Positions 16,466 through 25,973 of a DNA stretch of 27,883 nt are shown piece by piece. The stretch is from an uncultured archaeon (lineage in GTDB: Archaea > Iainarchaeota > Iainarchaeia > Iainarchaeales > DTGL01): positions 1 to 27,883 of the forward strand of contig CAZKED010000017.1 of NCBI GenBank assembly GCA_964551725.1, given 5' to 3'. A program made the position numbers and the translations under genes. The notes below the pieces were generated by a model. It had not been told where the DNA came from. It worked only from the letters and a program-made list of their open reading frames with translations, and did not search any database. Position 1 is the first letter of the stretch. Every line of letters begins with the position of its first letter.

Positions 16466-18466
16466 ATGGCTGGCAAAAAAGGAAAAAAGGCAGGGAGAAG
16501 GAAAAGCAGGGCAAAAAAAATTTACGCAGCGATAAAGCGCTCCGCAAAAAAGCGCCGGCACAAGAAAAAAGGGAAGGAAAGCAGGGGCGGCAAAAAGCGC
16601 GCCGGAATGAAGGGAATTTCGCGCGTCATAAAAATACGCAAACTCAAGGGTGCCGGGAAAAAGAAAAAAGAAAAAAAGAAAAGCCGCGGAAGAAGCCGGA
16701 AAAAGCTGGTCCTCCTCCCCGTGGCAATGGGGAAAAAAAAGAAGCCCAGGGAAAAATTCAGCGCGGAAATGAATTCCCTTCTAAGAAAAATGGAGGAGAG
16801 AGTTCCCAACCCGGACATCGTTCTCATAAAAAACGTCTTCGGCTTCCTCAACAGGGTCAACGTAATAAGAAAAAGCCGTGAAACCGCGCTTGTCAGGAAG
16901 GCTTTCTCCTACTCCAAAAAAAAGCACGGAAAGCAGAAGAGGGCTTCGGGCGACCCCTATTTCACCCACCTGATAGGCACTGCAATGATTGCTTCGGATT
17001 ACAGCGCGGACAATGAAACGATTGCCGCGGCGTTGCTGCACGACGTTCTGGAGGACACCGACACTGGGGAAAAAGAACTCGTAACAGAATTCGGGGGAGA
17101 AGTTGCAGGGCTTGTTTCAAGCCTCACAAGGCTTGACAAGCTCACGGATGAAAGGAAGGACGAGAACCAGGTCAAATACCTGCGCAAGTTGATTCTTGCC
17201 TCCTCAAAGGACGCACGTGTCCTGCTCATAAAGCTGGCGGACAAATTGCACAACCTCCGTACGGTTGAATTTTTGCCCGAGGTAAAGAGAAAGGGGATTT
17301 GCAGGCAGGCGCTGGAGGTTTATGCGCCTCTTGCAAGGGAACTCGGCTTCAGCGAAATAGAATCGGAAATGCAGGACATATGCCTTAAGGTTCTTTACCC
17401 GCAGGAATTCAGGGAAGTTGAAAAAATTGTCTCAAATAAGAGAGCGGAAAAAAAGAGGGAAATAAAAAAGGCAACCGAAATGCTAAAGGCAGAAATGGAG
17501 CGCTCCAAGAAAAAAACATCCTCGAGATTCGGGTTCAAGACGGAATACAAGAACCTTTACTCTGTTTACAAAAAAACGATTGAAGCGAACAAAACGCCGG
17601 AAGAAATTTACGATTATGCGACTCTTGTAATACTCGCGAATTCCGCGGACGAATGTTACGAGGCATTGAGGTTTGTGCACAGCGCTTTTTACCCCATTCC
17701 CTCGAAACTCAAGGACTTCATTGCAATGCCCTCGCGCTTGAACTACAGGGCAATCCACACTTCGGTGATAGGTCCCGGCGGGAAACCTATAAAAGTCCAC
17801 ATAAAAACACGCGAGTCCGCGCATGCACCCTTCAGGGTGCTTCTGCCCAAAAAAAAGCCAGGGCAGGGGATTGAAATACCCAAAATCAGGGTCGGAGAAG
17901 AAGAATTTTTGGACGCACTAAAAAGCGATTACCTGAAACAGAGGATAAACATTTTCACGGAAAAAGGCGATATCGTAAGCATGCCCTCCTCTTCCACAGT
18001 GCTCGATTTTGCTTTCAAAACCGCGCCCAAAGAGGCATTGAAAACGAGCGGCGGCACGGTCAACGGCAAGCGCGTGCCCATATGGGAAAAGCTGGGCTCC
18101 GGCGACAGGGTAAGCGTTCTTTTCGCAAACCGCAGAACAGTAAAAAGAGACTGGCTTGAATTCGTGAAATCCTACGAGGCAAAAGAGATTATAAGCGATT
18201 TCCTCAAGACCCCGAGGGAAACGGGAGAACCGCTGCAGCCCGTGTGCATTACCCTCCTCGCACTCAACAGGCCCTCTCTTCTCTCCGATGTGGGAAAGGC
18301 GTTCTCGGAACTCAATTTGCCGTTGGATTCCCTTCACGGGCAGAAGGCGAGCGCAAAAACAATAAGGGGCAGTTTCACCGTGCTTGTAAAAAACGTTAAG
18401 CAGCTTAAAAAGGTCAGGCTGCGCTTGGGTGAAATCAGGGGCGTTAAAAGAGTCGAAATAGACTGA
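16466..18466 (+). CDS. Long RelA/SpoT homologue: polybasic N-terminus, HD hydrolase, degenerate synthetase, TGS, ACT
   Basis: H..QKRASGDPYFTH, AALLHDVLED, KLADKLHNLRT, YAPLARELG, KDFIAMP..NYRAIHT, TGS 'IFTEKGDIVSMP..STVLDFAF..VNGKRVP', ACT 'NRPSLLSDV'. Confidence 0.92.
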   Translation: MAGKKGKKAGRRKSRAKKIYAAIKRSAKKRRHKKKGKESRGGKKRAGMKGISRVIKIRKLKGAGKKKKEKKKSRGRSRKKLVLLPVAMGKKKKPREKFSAEMNSLLRKMEERVPNPDIVLIKNVFGFLNRVNVIRKSRETALVRKAFSYSKKKHGKQKRASGDPYFTHLIGTAMIASDYSADNETIAAALLHDVLEDTDTGEKELVTEFGGEVAGLVSSLTRLDKLTDERKDENQVKYLRKLILASSKDARVLLIKLADKLHNLRTVEFLPEVKRKGICRQALEVYAPLARELGFSEIESEMQDICLKVLYPQEFREVEKIVSNKRAEKKREIKKATEMLKAEMERSKKKTSSRFGFKTEYKNLYSVYKKTIEANKTPEEIYDYATLVILANSADECYEALRFVHSAFYPIPSKLKDFIAMPSRLNYRAIHTSVIGPGGKPIKVHIKTRESAHAPFRVLLPKKKPGQGIEIPKIRVGEEEFLDALKSDYLKQRINIFTEKGDIVSMPSSSTVLDFAFKTAPKEALKTSGGTVNGKRVPIWEKLGSGDRVSVLFANRRTVKRDWLEFVKSYEAKEIISDFLKTPRETGEPLQPVCITLLALNRPSLLSDVGKAFSELNLPLDSLHGQKASAKTIRGSFTVLVKNVKQLKKVRLRLGEIRGVKRVEID

Positions 18467-18485
18467 TTTCCGGCTCCTTCCCGGT

Positions 18486-21359
18486 TCACTCGACGTAAAT
18501 TGCGGGCTTGAACGGCAGCGCTTTCCTGGCTTTTCTCTTGGGGTCAAATTCCGGGTTTTCCTCGGGAAAGAAAATAACCTCGCAGGAAAATTCCCTTTCA
18601 AGGAACGGCTTCGCGTTCTCCAGCGTTTTGAGTTCTTCGATTCTTTCGATTCCCCTGAATTCGATGAGCCTGTCGTTGAATGCTTTCACCGCCTCCGCGG
18701 CTTCATTTCCCCTTTTTTTCACTTCCTTGTCGGTCATCGCTTTTTCCATTGCCGCTTTGAGGTCCGGTCTCTCCAGTTCTAACACTTTTTCTAGCGCTTT
18801 CCATTTCCATTCGCTTGCAATGTAAAAAACGGCTTTTTTCAGTTTTTCCTTTCCCGTAATCTTCTTTATTTCCTTCAGGTCAGCAAAAGCCCTTTTGATG
18901 AATTCCTCGGAAAGTTCCACTTTCCTGTCCACGTCCTTTTTTTCCGGAAGTTTTTTGAGGAACACCGAATGCTGGTTTCCGAGCACGTTTCTCCATATCT
19001 CTTCGCTTGTGTGAGGCATAAACGGCGCGAGGCATTTGGCGAAATTCTTTGCAATGTATAATTCCAGCGGTTTGTTTTCGCCGTGCCTTCTGAGGTTGAA
19101 CCACTGCAGGTCTTTTGAGAGCAGGAAGGAAATCTGCTGCAGCGCGTTCCTCATTTCAATTTTTTCCATGCTTTCGAGGTATGCATTCACCCTTGAATTG
19201 AATCTTTCGTAAAACCACAATTCCTCGGCACCGAGTTCTTTCACGTTCAGTTCCCCGGCTTCTTTTGCGTTTTTTCCCATTTCCGCCATTTTCCAAATAA
19301 ACGTCTTGAGTTTTGAAATGCCTTTTTCTATCTCCTTCTGCTTCCAGTCCATTTCCTCCCAGGGCTCGACGGAATTCATGAGGAAAAACCTGACAAAGTC
19401 CGCTCCGATTTGCTCGCACATGTCGTTTATGAGCACAACATTCCCCTTTGAGGAGGACATTTTTTTGCCCTCCATTACAAGCATGCCGAGATTGATCGTT
19501 CCGAGCTGTCTTTTTTCTTCCGGGAATATCGCGGTGTGCTGGAAAATGGAAAAACTCATGTGGTTAGGGATAAGCTCTGTTGCGCTCACGTTGTAAGCGA
19601 GAGGATACCAGTAATCGAATTCAGAGCGCATTTCATTGAGCAGCCCGGCTTCGATTCCATTCCTTTCCGAAATTTCCTCAGCGGAACCCTTTCCGAGGAA
19701 AATGAAATCGAACACTTTTTCATCCAGCTTTTCCGCTTCGACTTTTTTTATGAGGTGCGAGATGGCAAAATATGCCATGTAAATCGTTGAATCGCCCAGT
19801 GGTTCGATTATTTTTCCCTTCTGCCAGGGGAACTCCGTGCCCAGCCCCTTGGAGCGCGTGCAGGGTTTGTCCTCAAGCCAGTCGAAAACGTTCTCGTACT
19901 GCGTTCTGAATAGTGCCGGAGCGATATGCATTCCCTTCAGTGTTTTTTTGCTTTCCTCTTTCCATTCCCCGTCCGAGTAGGAAACAAACCACTGGTCCTC
20001 AAGAACGCGGACAACGCATTCCGTTCCGCACCTGCATATCACTTTGCCCTCGAGCTCGAAGAATACGTCCGCTTTCCCCTGTTCAATCAGTTCCTTCTTG
20101 ACCAAATCCTTTGCCTTGCTTACGGGCATTCCCGCATACTTTCCGCAGTTTTCGTTCATTATTCCCTTGTGGAAGCCGATTTTGTAGACCTCTTTTTTCG
20201 CCTGCTCCAGTTTGGGGTCGAACTGGTTTTTTATGCCCAGCCGCTCGACGATTTTAACCGCCGCCGCGTCGCCGTACTCATCTGTCCTTATTATGGGAAT
20301 CACTTTTAGCCCTGAAACCATTTTTTCGTTAAGCCCCAGTTCCCTGGCCATGTCCCTGTCTTTCTGCAGGTCAACCATTGCAATGTAATCAATCGGTGCG
20401 TCGCTGGGCACAGATGTTACAATTCCAGTACCCGTCCCCGTATCGCAGAAGAAACTCGGCAGCACGGGAATTTTTCTGCCAATGCCCGGCGCCAGTGCCG
20501 TTTTTCCCACGAGTTCCGAGCCCTTCACTGTTCCGAGTTTTTCCACCCCGCTCTTCTGTTCCCCGAGTTTTTCGTAAAACTCCTCGCTGCCAATCCATTC
20601 CTCTTCCCCCGCTTTTATTACTGTATACTCGACCTCGGAGCCGAGCCAGAGGTTTGTCTGTCCGAACACTGTTTCCGGGCGGAGCGTTGCGGCAACAATG
20701 AATTTTCCGTCGTCCATTTTGAATTTAAGAATGGTGAATTCCTGTATTCCTACGCCTTCTCCTTCCAGTAAATCGTGGTCTCCCACGGGGCTTTTGTCTT
20801 TGGGGCAGTATCGGACGGGGTATTTTCCCTTGCGAATATATCCTTTTGAGTGAAGTTTTTTGTACTGCCATTCGATGAATTTTTTGTACTGGGGGTCAAT
20901 GGTTTTTAGTTCCCTGCGCCAGTCAATGCCCAGTCCCAGTTTGCGGAACCCTGCCTTGTATCCGTACTCGGCTTTGTTCACCATGTAATCCACGTAGGAC
21001 TCCGGAGTCTTAAGTTCCGCCAAATCCTTTTCCGGAATGTGGAATGTTTCAGTGAACATTTTAATTGTTTTTTCGTCGCCCTGCCGCAGTGCCTCAACCG
21101 AGGCAATTACGGGAGTGCCGGAAACGTGCCAGCCCATCGGCATCAGCACGTTTTTTCCCTTGAGCATGTTGTATTTCGCCACAATATCGGTCACAGTGTA
21201 AGTGCGCGCGTGACCTATGTGCATTGCGCCGCTCGGGTAGGGGTAGGCAACCTGGATGTAAAATGGTTTTTTGCCGGCATTCACCCTTGGCTCGAACAGC
21301 CCTGAATCAGCCCATTCCTTCTGCCATTTTTCCTCAATTCCGCGGAAATCAAAATCCAT
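18486..21359 (-). CDS. leuS: Leucyl-tRNA synthetase (archaeal/eukaryotic type)
   Basis: AYPYPSGAMHIGH, VGDHDLLEGE, editing domain ATLRPET...GTGIVTSVPSDAP.D, KMSSSKGN. Confidence 0.97.
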   Translation of the reverse strand: MDFDFRGIEEKWQKEWADSGLFEPRVNAGKKPFYIQVAYPYPSGAMHIGHARTYTVTDIVAKYNMLKGKNVLMPMGWHVSGTPVIASVEALRQGDEKTIKMFTETFHIPEKDLAELKTPESYVDYMVNKAEYGYKAGFRKLGLGIDWRRELKTIDPQYKKFIEWQYKKLHSKGYIRKGKYPVRYCPKDKSPVGDHDLLEGEGVGIQEFTILKFKMDDGKFIVAATLRPETVFGQTNLWLGSEVEYTVIKAGEEEWIGSEEFYEKLGEQKSGVEKLGTVKGSELVGKTALAPGIGRKIPVLPSFFCDTGTGTGIVTSVPSDAPIDYIAMVDLQKDRDMARELGLNEKMVSGLKVIPIIRTDEYGDAAAVKIVERLGIKNQFDPKLEQAKKEVYKIGFHKGIMNENCGKYAGMPVSKAKDLVKKELIEQGKADVFFELEGKVICRCGTECVVRVLEDQWFVSYSDGEWKEESKKTLKGMHIAPALFRTQYENVFDWLEDKPCTRSKGLGTEFPWQKGKIIEPLGDSTIYMAYFAISHLIKKVEAEKLDEKVFDFIFLGKGSAEEISERNGIEAGLLNEMRSEFDYWYPLAYNVSATELIPNHMSFSIFQHTAIFPEEKRQLGTINLGMLVMEGKKMSSSKGNVVLINDMCEQIGADFVRFFLMNSVEPWEEMDWKQKEIEKGISKLKTFIWKMAEMGKNAKEAGELNVKELGAEELWFYERFNSRVNAYLESMEKIEMRNALQQISFLLSKDLQWFNLRRHGENKPLELYIAKNFAKCLAPFMPHTSEEIWRNVLGNQHSVFLKKLPEKKDVDRKVELSEEFIKRAFADLKEIKKITGKEKLKKAVFYIASEWKWKALEKVLELERPDLKAAMEKAMTDKEVKKRGNEAAEAVKAFNDRLIEFRGIERIEELKTLENAKPFLEREFSCEVIFFPEENPEFDPKRKARKALPFKPAIYVE

Positions 21360-21418
21360 TTTTTCCCCTTTCCCAGCCCAAAGGCTAAAATTTAACGAAT
21401 AAAATGCTTAAAAAACTT

Positions 21419-22021
21419 TCAATCCACTGCCCTGACAATGAACTCCCTGAAAGGAATACTGCCGTAAACTATTTCCCTGCCGGAAAAATGCCTCAAAACT
21501 TCTTTTTTGGGAAAGCCCATTTTTACAGCGAGTTTCGCGCTCAACACATCCGCGAACAATTCCTCTGCCTGGCCCTTTCCCATTCCCTGCTTTGCTGAAA
21601 ATTCTGCCAGTTTTGGCTTGGGAAAGTGCGCGTATTCGTGGCAAAGGGTGAGAATGCCATCCAGGGTCATTTTTTCGCCGCGGAACACGTGTTCTGCCGG
21701 CAGGTTGATGAAGCTCTCCCTCCTTATAGTCCGCATTCCCCCTATCTGGATTATTTTGAAAACGCTGACGTTTTCGCCCTTTGTAACGCTCATTCCCATG
21801 CGGCCGCCCTGTGAGTAAAAGCTTGCCCGCAGGGCTCTCGCGGGATAAAAATAGATTGGAGTGCGGGCAACATTCTCCGCCATTGCGTCGAACAAATCCT
21901 TTACCAGAGGGTTCCTTGCTTCTTTTCTGAGTTCCTTCAGTGACTGCACCGCTTTGGCGAGAAACGCGTCAAGCTGTTTTTTCCTCTTTTTTGTGATAAT
22001 CGGCTTTTCAAACAATCCCAT
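21419..22021 (-). CDS. Hypothetical protein with HExxH zincin-like motif
   Basis: 200 aa with 'TLCHEYAHF' and downstream 'AEELFAD'. TATA-like TTTATATT about 25 nt upstream of the ATG. Confidence 0.75.
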   Translation of the reverse strand: MGLFEKPIITKKRKKQLDAFLAKAVQSLKELRKEARNPLVKDLFDAMAENVARTPIYFYPARALRASFYSQGGRMGMSVTKGENVSVFKIIQIGGMRTIRRESFINLPAEHVFRGEKMTLDGILTLCHEYAHFPKPKLAEFSAKQGMGKGQAEELFADVLSAKLAVKMGFPKKEVLRHFSGREIVYGSIPFREFIVRAVD

Positions 22022-22066
22022 GGTAGAAGTAGGAATGCAAAATATAAATTATTATTCTTTCAGCGT

Positions 22067-24745
22067 TCAGCTTAAAAGTTTTTTAAGCTTTTCCGCGCTC
22101 TCGGCTTTTCCTGCAGCCATTCTCCCAGAGCCGCCGCCCTTTCCGCCGCAGGCGGAAAGCAGTTTTTCCAGTTCTTCCCTTGCGTTCTTCCCGCTTTTCG
22201 GTCCACAGAATACCACCACGCGTTCGCCCGAGCCGAGGACAAGCATTGCATCGTTCCGCTTTCCGATTACCCTGTTCCCGATTTCCATTAATGCCCCTGA
22301 ATCAATTCCTTCAAAGTATTCCCTTATTACCCTGTCTTTCATTTCGATGAGTTCACTGCTTTTCGCCGAGGCAATCTCCCTCCGCGCCTGCTCCAGTTCT
22401 TTGCGCAGTTCCTTCCATTCTCTGAAAAACCGCTCGGTTGAGCGAGGCAGTTCCTTTGTCTGCACGGACAGGTTGCTGGCAGCCTTTTCCAGCAATTCCT
22501 CGCGGCGGTGCATTTCTTTCAGTGCGGGTTCGCCGCACGCGAACACGATTCTTTCAATTCCGTCCTGCACTCCCTCGCGTTTGAGTATTTTGAAAAAGCC
22601 AATCTCGCCCGTACTTTTCACGTGCGTTCCGCCGCACGCTTCCACGTCCAGCCCTTTCACGTTCACTATGCGCAGCGTTTTTCCGGGCACGTAGCCGCCC
22701 TGGTATAAAATAAAGCCGAATTTTTTCTCCGCCTCGTTGCGCGGCATCTCCCGCACTTTTACTGGTATATTCTCCTGAATGCTTTGGTTCACCAAAAACT
22801 CCATTTTGCGCAGTTCTTCCGGCGTAACCCTTTTGTAGTGCGTGATGTCTAAGTGAGCCTTGTTTTCGTCTTTTCGCGCGCCTGCCTGCCACACGTGCTT
22901 TCCCAGCAGGCTTCTTGCGGCTGCATTCAGGAGATGTGCTGCGGTATGGTGCTTTTTAAGCTGTTCCCTGCGTTTCATGTCAATTTTTCCAAGTACCTTC
23001 GTTCCCTTCCTGAATTTGCCTGGCTCCTTGACGTAATGGTATATAACGCCCTCGTATTTTTCCACGTCCTCCACTTCTATTCCATTCAGTGTTCCGTGGT
23101 CCGGCGCCTGCCCGCCCGAATCGGGATAGAACAGCGTGCGGTCCAGAATCACTGCCTTTCCGTCAACTCCCAGGGCTTTGGCTGAAAATTCTTCAACGTT
23201 TTTTTCCTCGTAGTAAAGCTGCTTCGTTTTCCTGAACCGCGCGGGTTTTATTCCCTGCGCCTTTTCCGGCTGCACCGTTTCGTTTTTCTTTGCAACGAGC
23301 TGGTAAAAGTTTTCCGGAACATCCATTTCCACGCCCTTTTTCCTTGCCTCTTCCTCAATTATTTCCACGGGAATGCCGTCCGATTCGTAAAGTTGTATGA
23401 GGTGGGAGGCGGAAACCTTTTTCCCCTTTTTCTTTTTTTCCAGTAATGCGGAAACTTTTTGTGCGCCTTTTTCTTTTGTTGAGGAATATTTTCGCAGTTC
23501 TTCCTTTACCACTTCAATTGCGGAATCCACTCCGTCGAGAAGCGTGGAATCCAGCGCTTTCAGGGATTCTGCATGCCCTGAAATTATTTCCGCGAAGTCA
23601 AGCCCCAACGAAAACTCGCGGTCAAATGCGAATACCCTCCTCAGCACAAGCCTCAAATTATATCCTCCGCCGGCATTGCTTGGAAGCATTCCGTCAGTGA
23701 CAGCGTAAAGCACTGCCTTCAAGTGGTCTGCTGCAGCATACAATGCCTGCAGTGGTCTTATCTGTTTGGCGAATGCCGCGCTGTCGATTCCCGCGTTCCT
23801 GCAAATTTTCTCCCTTTTCTCTTTTATTCTTCCGTCCTCTATGTCGAGGCAGCCGGCGCATTTCGCGAATTCCATGAAAGTGCGGCTGTCAAACTCGAGC
23901 GCGGCATTGTCCTTCATTTTTGGAAGGATGTCCGCGAACACCACGTCATAGCTTGTAGGAGTGCCGTTGGTGAACCAGGCAATCCTCTCAAGCCCGGCGC
24001 CCATATCTATTACCTTTGTTTTGAGCTCTTCATACTTTCCGGAGCCCAGGTCCCTGAACTGCATGAATACGACGTTACCCAATTCAACGCCTTTGGCGCA
24101 GTATTCAATGCAGGGTCCGAAAGTGCCGCCCCCCATCCACACGTCCTCTTGGAATGCCAGTTCCTCAGGCTTCACCCCTATCACTTTTGTGAGGTAATTG
24201 AAATCGTGCTGTACTGCCTCGTTCTTCCAGTAGAACAGCCCTGTTTTCGGGGAATTGAACGCGTGCTGTCCGAACATGATGAATGCGGAGTAATGCTGCC
24301 CTGTTACGCCCACGTTCTCCAGGTCGTTGAACCGCAGCGAGGCCTGTGGCACTATGAGGGGATTGGCAGGAGGAGCTATCTCCCCTGTTACAACGTAAGG
24401 CTGGAAGTCAATTATTGAAGCGTTGGTGAAATAAAGGTCGTCTCTCCACCTTGCAACAACGGGATAGCGCGGGATGGACTTGTGCTTTTGTTTTGTGAAA
24501 TAGCGTTCTATTGCACGCCAAGTTCCCACGTAATCGTAATGTTTTGTGCCCTTGCCTATGAATTCAAATCCAACGCAGGTGGAATCCGCGCAGGTTTCTC
24601 TTTCCGGGTCCAAAGTCCAGAAAAAGCGCCCGCAGTGCAAGCACTTTTTTCTCTCGAACCCCTTTTTTTCCAGGAATTCTATGCGGTAATGCTTTTTCCA
24701 GTCGCGCGAAAAGCGTTCCCTGAGTTTTTCCTTTGATAAATCCAT
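22067..24745 (-). CDS. alaS: Alanyl-tRNA synthetase (archaeal type)
   Basis: N-terminal CxxC..FWT, YPVVARWRDDLY, IDMGAGLER, editing motifs HHTAAH and EACGGTH, C-terminal GGKGGG. Confidence 0.97.
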   Translation of the reverse strand: MDLSKEKLRERFSRDWKKHYRIEFLEKKGFERKKCLHCGRFFWTLDPERETCADSTCVGFEFIGKGTKHYDYVGTWRAIERYFTKQKHKSIPRYPVVARWRDDLYFTNASIIDFQPYVVTGEIAPPANPLIVPQASLRFNDLENVGVTGQHYSAFIMFGQHAFNSPKTGLFYWKNEAVQHDFNYLTKVIGVKPEELAFQEDVWMGGGTFGPCIEYCAKGVELGNVVFMQFRDLGSGKYEELKTKVIDMGAGLERIAWFTNGTPTSYDVVFADILPKMKDNAALEFDSRTFMEFAKCAGCLDIEDGRIKEKREKICRNAGIDSAAFAKQIRPLQALYAAADHLKAVLYAVTDGMLPSNAGGGYNLRLVLRRVFAFDREFSLGLDFAEIISGHAESLKALDSTLLDGVDSAIEVVKEELRKYSSTKEKGAQKVSALLEKKKKGKKVSASHLIQLYESDGIPVEIIEEEARKKGVEMDVPENFYQLVAKKNETVQPEKAQGIKPARFRKTKQLYYEEKNVEEFSAKALGVDGKAVILDRTLFYPDSGGQAPDHGTLNGIEVEDVEKYEGVIYHYVKEPGKFRKGTKVLGKIDMKRREQLKKHHTAAHLLNAAARSLLGKHVWQAGARKDENKAHLDITHYKRVTPEELRKMEFLVNQSIQENIPVKVREMPRNEAEKKFGFILYQGGYVPGKTLRIVNVKGLDVEACGGTHVKSTGEIGFFKILKREGVQDGIERIVFACGEPALKEMHRREELLEKAASNLSVQTKELPRSTERFFREWKELRKELEQARREIASAKSSELIEMKDRVIREYFEGIDSGALMEIGNRVIGKRNDAMLVLGSGERVVVFCGPKSGKNAREELEKLLSACGGKGGGSGRMAAGKAESAEKLKKLLS

Positions 24746-24775
24746 GAAACCAAAGAAAATATACAGGAGAAATAA

Positions 24776-25147
24776 TTAAAGGTTTGCCTTGTTGTCCTGC
24801 TGCTCCGATTTTGCTGTTTTTTCAATTTCAATTTCTTTCAGGGCATCCTTCAGCGCTTCCCTTGCGGGTCCCTGCTCGAATGCCTGTTTTATTGCTTCCC
24901 TCTGCATTTCCTTCACATGAGGCTGGTTTAACGCGTTTTTTATCGCAGCTTCCCGGAATTCCCTGAAGGTGCCAGAGCGAATCAGCCAGAGCGCGAACCC
25001 CAGACCGAGCGGAATCGCAAGCAGGGGCATTATGAATACCGGAACCAAGCCGCTGAAGATGGCAATAAAAAGGAGAACAAGCATTCCCACGGCAAACCCG
25101 GCTGCTGCAAGGATTATTTTTCCTAGTGCTTTGTGGTATGGATTCAT
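24776..25147 (-). CDS. Small hypothetical membrane protein (2 TM helices)
   Basis: 123 aa, two hydrophobic helices then a charged helical tail. TTTATATA (25163-25170) lies upstream at leaderless-type spacing. Confidence 0.75.
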   Translation of the reverse strand: MNPYHKALGKIILAAAGFAVGMLVLLFIAIFSGLVPVFIMPLLAIPLGLGFALWLIRSGTFREFREAAIKNALNQPHVKEMQREAIKQAFEQGPAREALKDALKEIEIEKTAKSEQQDNKANL

Positions 25148-25209
25148 TCAATGACCTCCCAGTATATAAACAAGGCGATATTTAAAACTATTCGTTTTAA
25201 AAACAGGAA

Positions 25210-25462
25210 GAGAGCAGTGGAGAGTAAGCCGCCTTCTGTTTCCCGCCGCTTTTACGCAGCGGCAGCCGGCATTTGTCTCAGCGCCTCTTGGGGCTTGCAC
25301 CCAACCTGCAGCCGTTTCATTTCCCTTGCGGGAATATCGTTTCTGCTCCGCAGGGCGCCTTCTCAGGCACACGCTTTTCACGTTTTTGTAACGGGAGGGC
25401 GGACTTTCCTCAGTTCAAACCCGCTGTTGCGGGGAACCGCTGGCCGGCCTTCCACTACTCTC
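25210..25462 (-). ncRNA. rnpB: RNase P RNA (compact, about 253 nt)
   Basis: CR-I GAGGAAAGUCCGCC, CR-V AACAGAAGGCGGCUUA, CR-II/III AGCAGAAA and UGAAACGG. P1 GAGAGUAGUGGA/UCCACUGCUCUC and P2 GCCGGC/GCCGGC. TTTTTAAA box at 25485-25492. Confidence 0.93.
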
Positions 25463-25589
25463 TGTAATAATAGCGCGGGGGAAGTTTAAAAATGTGCCTC
25501 TGCTGTGCATTTTTGCCTTTTTTTCTCCTTTTTGGTGTTTTTGGAAAAACTGGGAAAAAGTTATAAATTCTAGCTTTGCTGATTATTCT

Positions 25590-25799
25590 ATGGGTTCGCG
25601 GGTTCGCAGGAATTTGCCGAGGGGCTATGCCCGTATGGGGAGAGCCTCGCTGAACGCAATTCCAAAAAACGCAAGACTCAGCATGGAAAAGGGCTGCAGG
25701 GTTTATTCTCTGGGGGGGCAGGAAGTGGGTGGAGGTAATGCCTCATTCAGGGGCATTCACGGTATTCAGAAAAACAAGCCGCTGATTTTTTTTGATTAG
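25590..25799 (+). other. Possible small leaderless ORF (69 aa) or structured transcript
   Basis: Strong BRE/TATA AAAAGTTATAAA (about 25556-25567) lies about 25 nt before ATG 25590. The segment is GC-richer than its AT-rich flanks and is followed by T-tracts. No recognisable protein motif. Confidence 0.3.
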
Positions 25800-25973
25800 A
25801 GCAGGGAAAACAGGTGTAAGAATTTTTTTTCACTTTTTTCTGCCGCTTTATTCACTTTTTATTTTTTATAAATGTTGTCGTGGTGGTCGAAGTTGAGGAA
25901 TAAAATGAATTTTTTCCCGTGGTCGAGTTTCATCAGATTTGAAAGAAGAACCAAAACGGAACCGGAGAAAAAC

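Noticed and set aside
25133-25489. ORFs across the RNase P RNA
   Set aside because: The region is explained by conserved RNase P motifs and helices.
25880-25930. Short repeat GTGGTCGA occurring twice in the AT-rich spacer
   Set aside because: Only 8 bp with no structure or context, compatible with chance.
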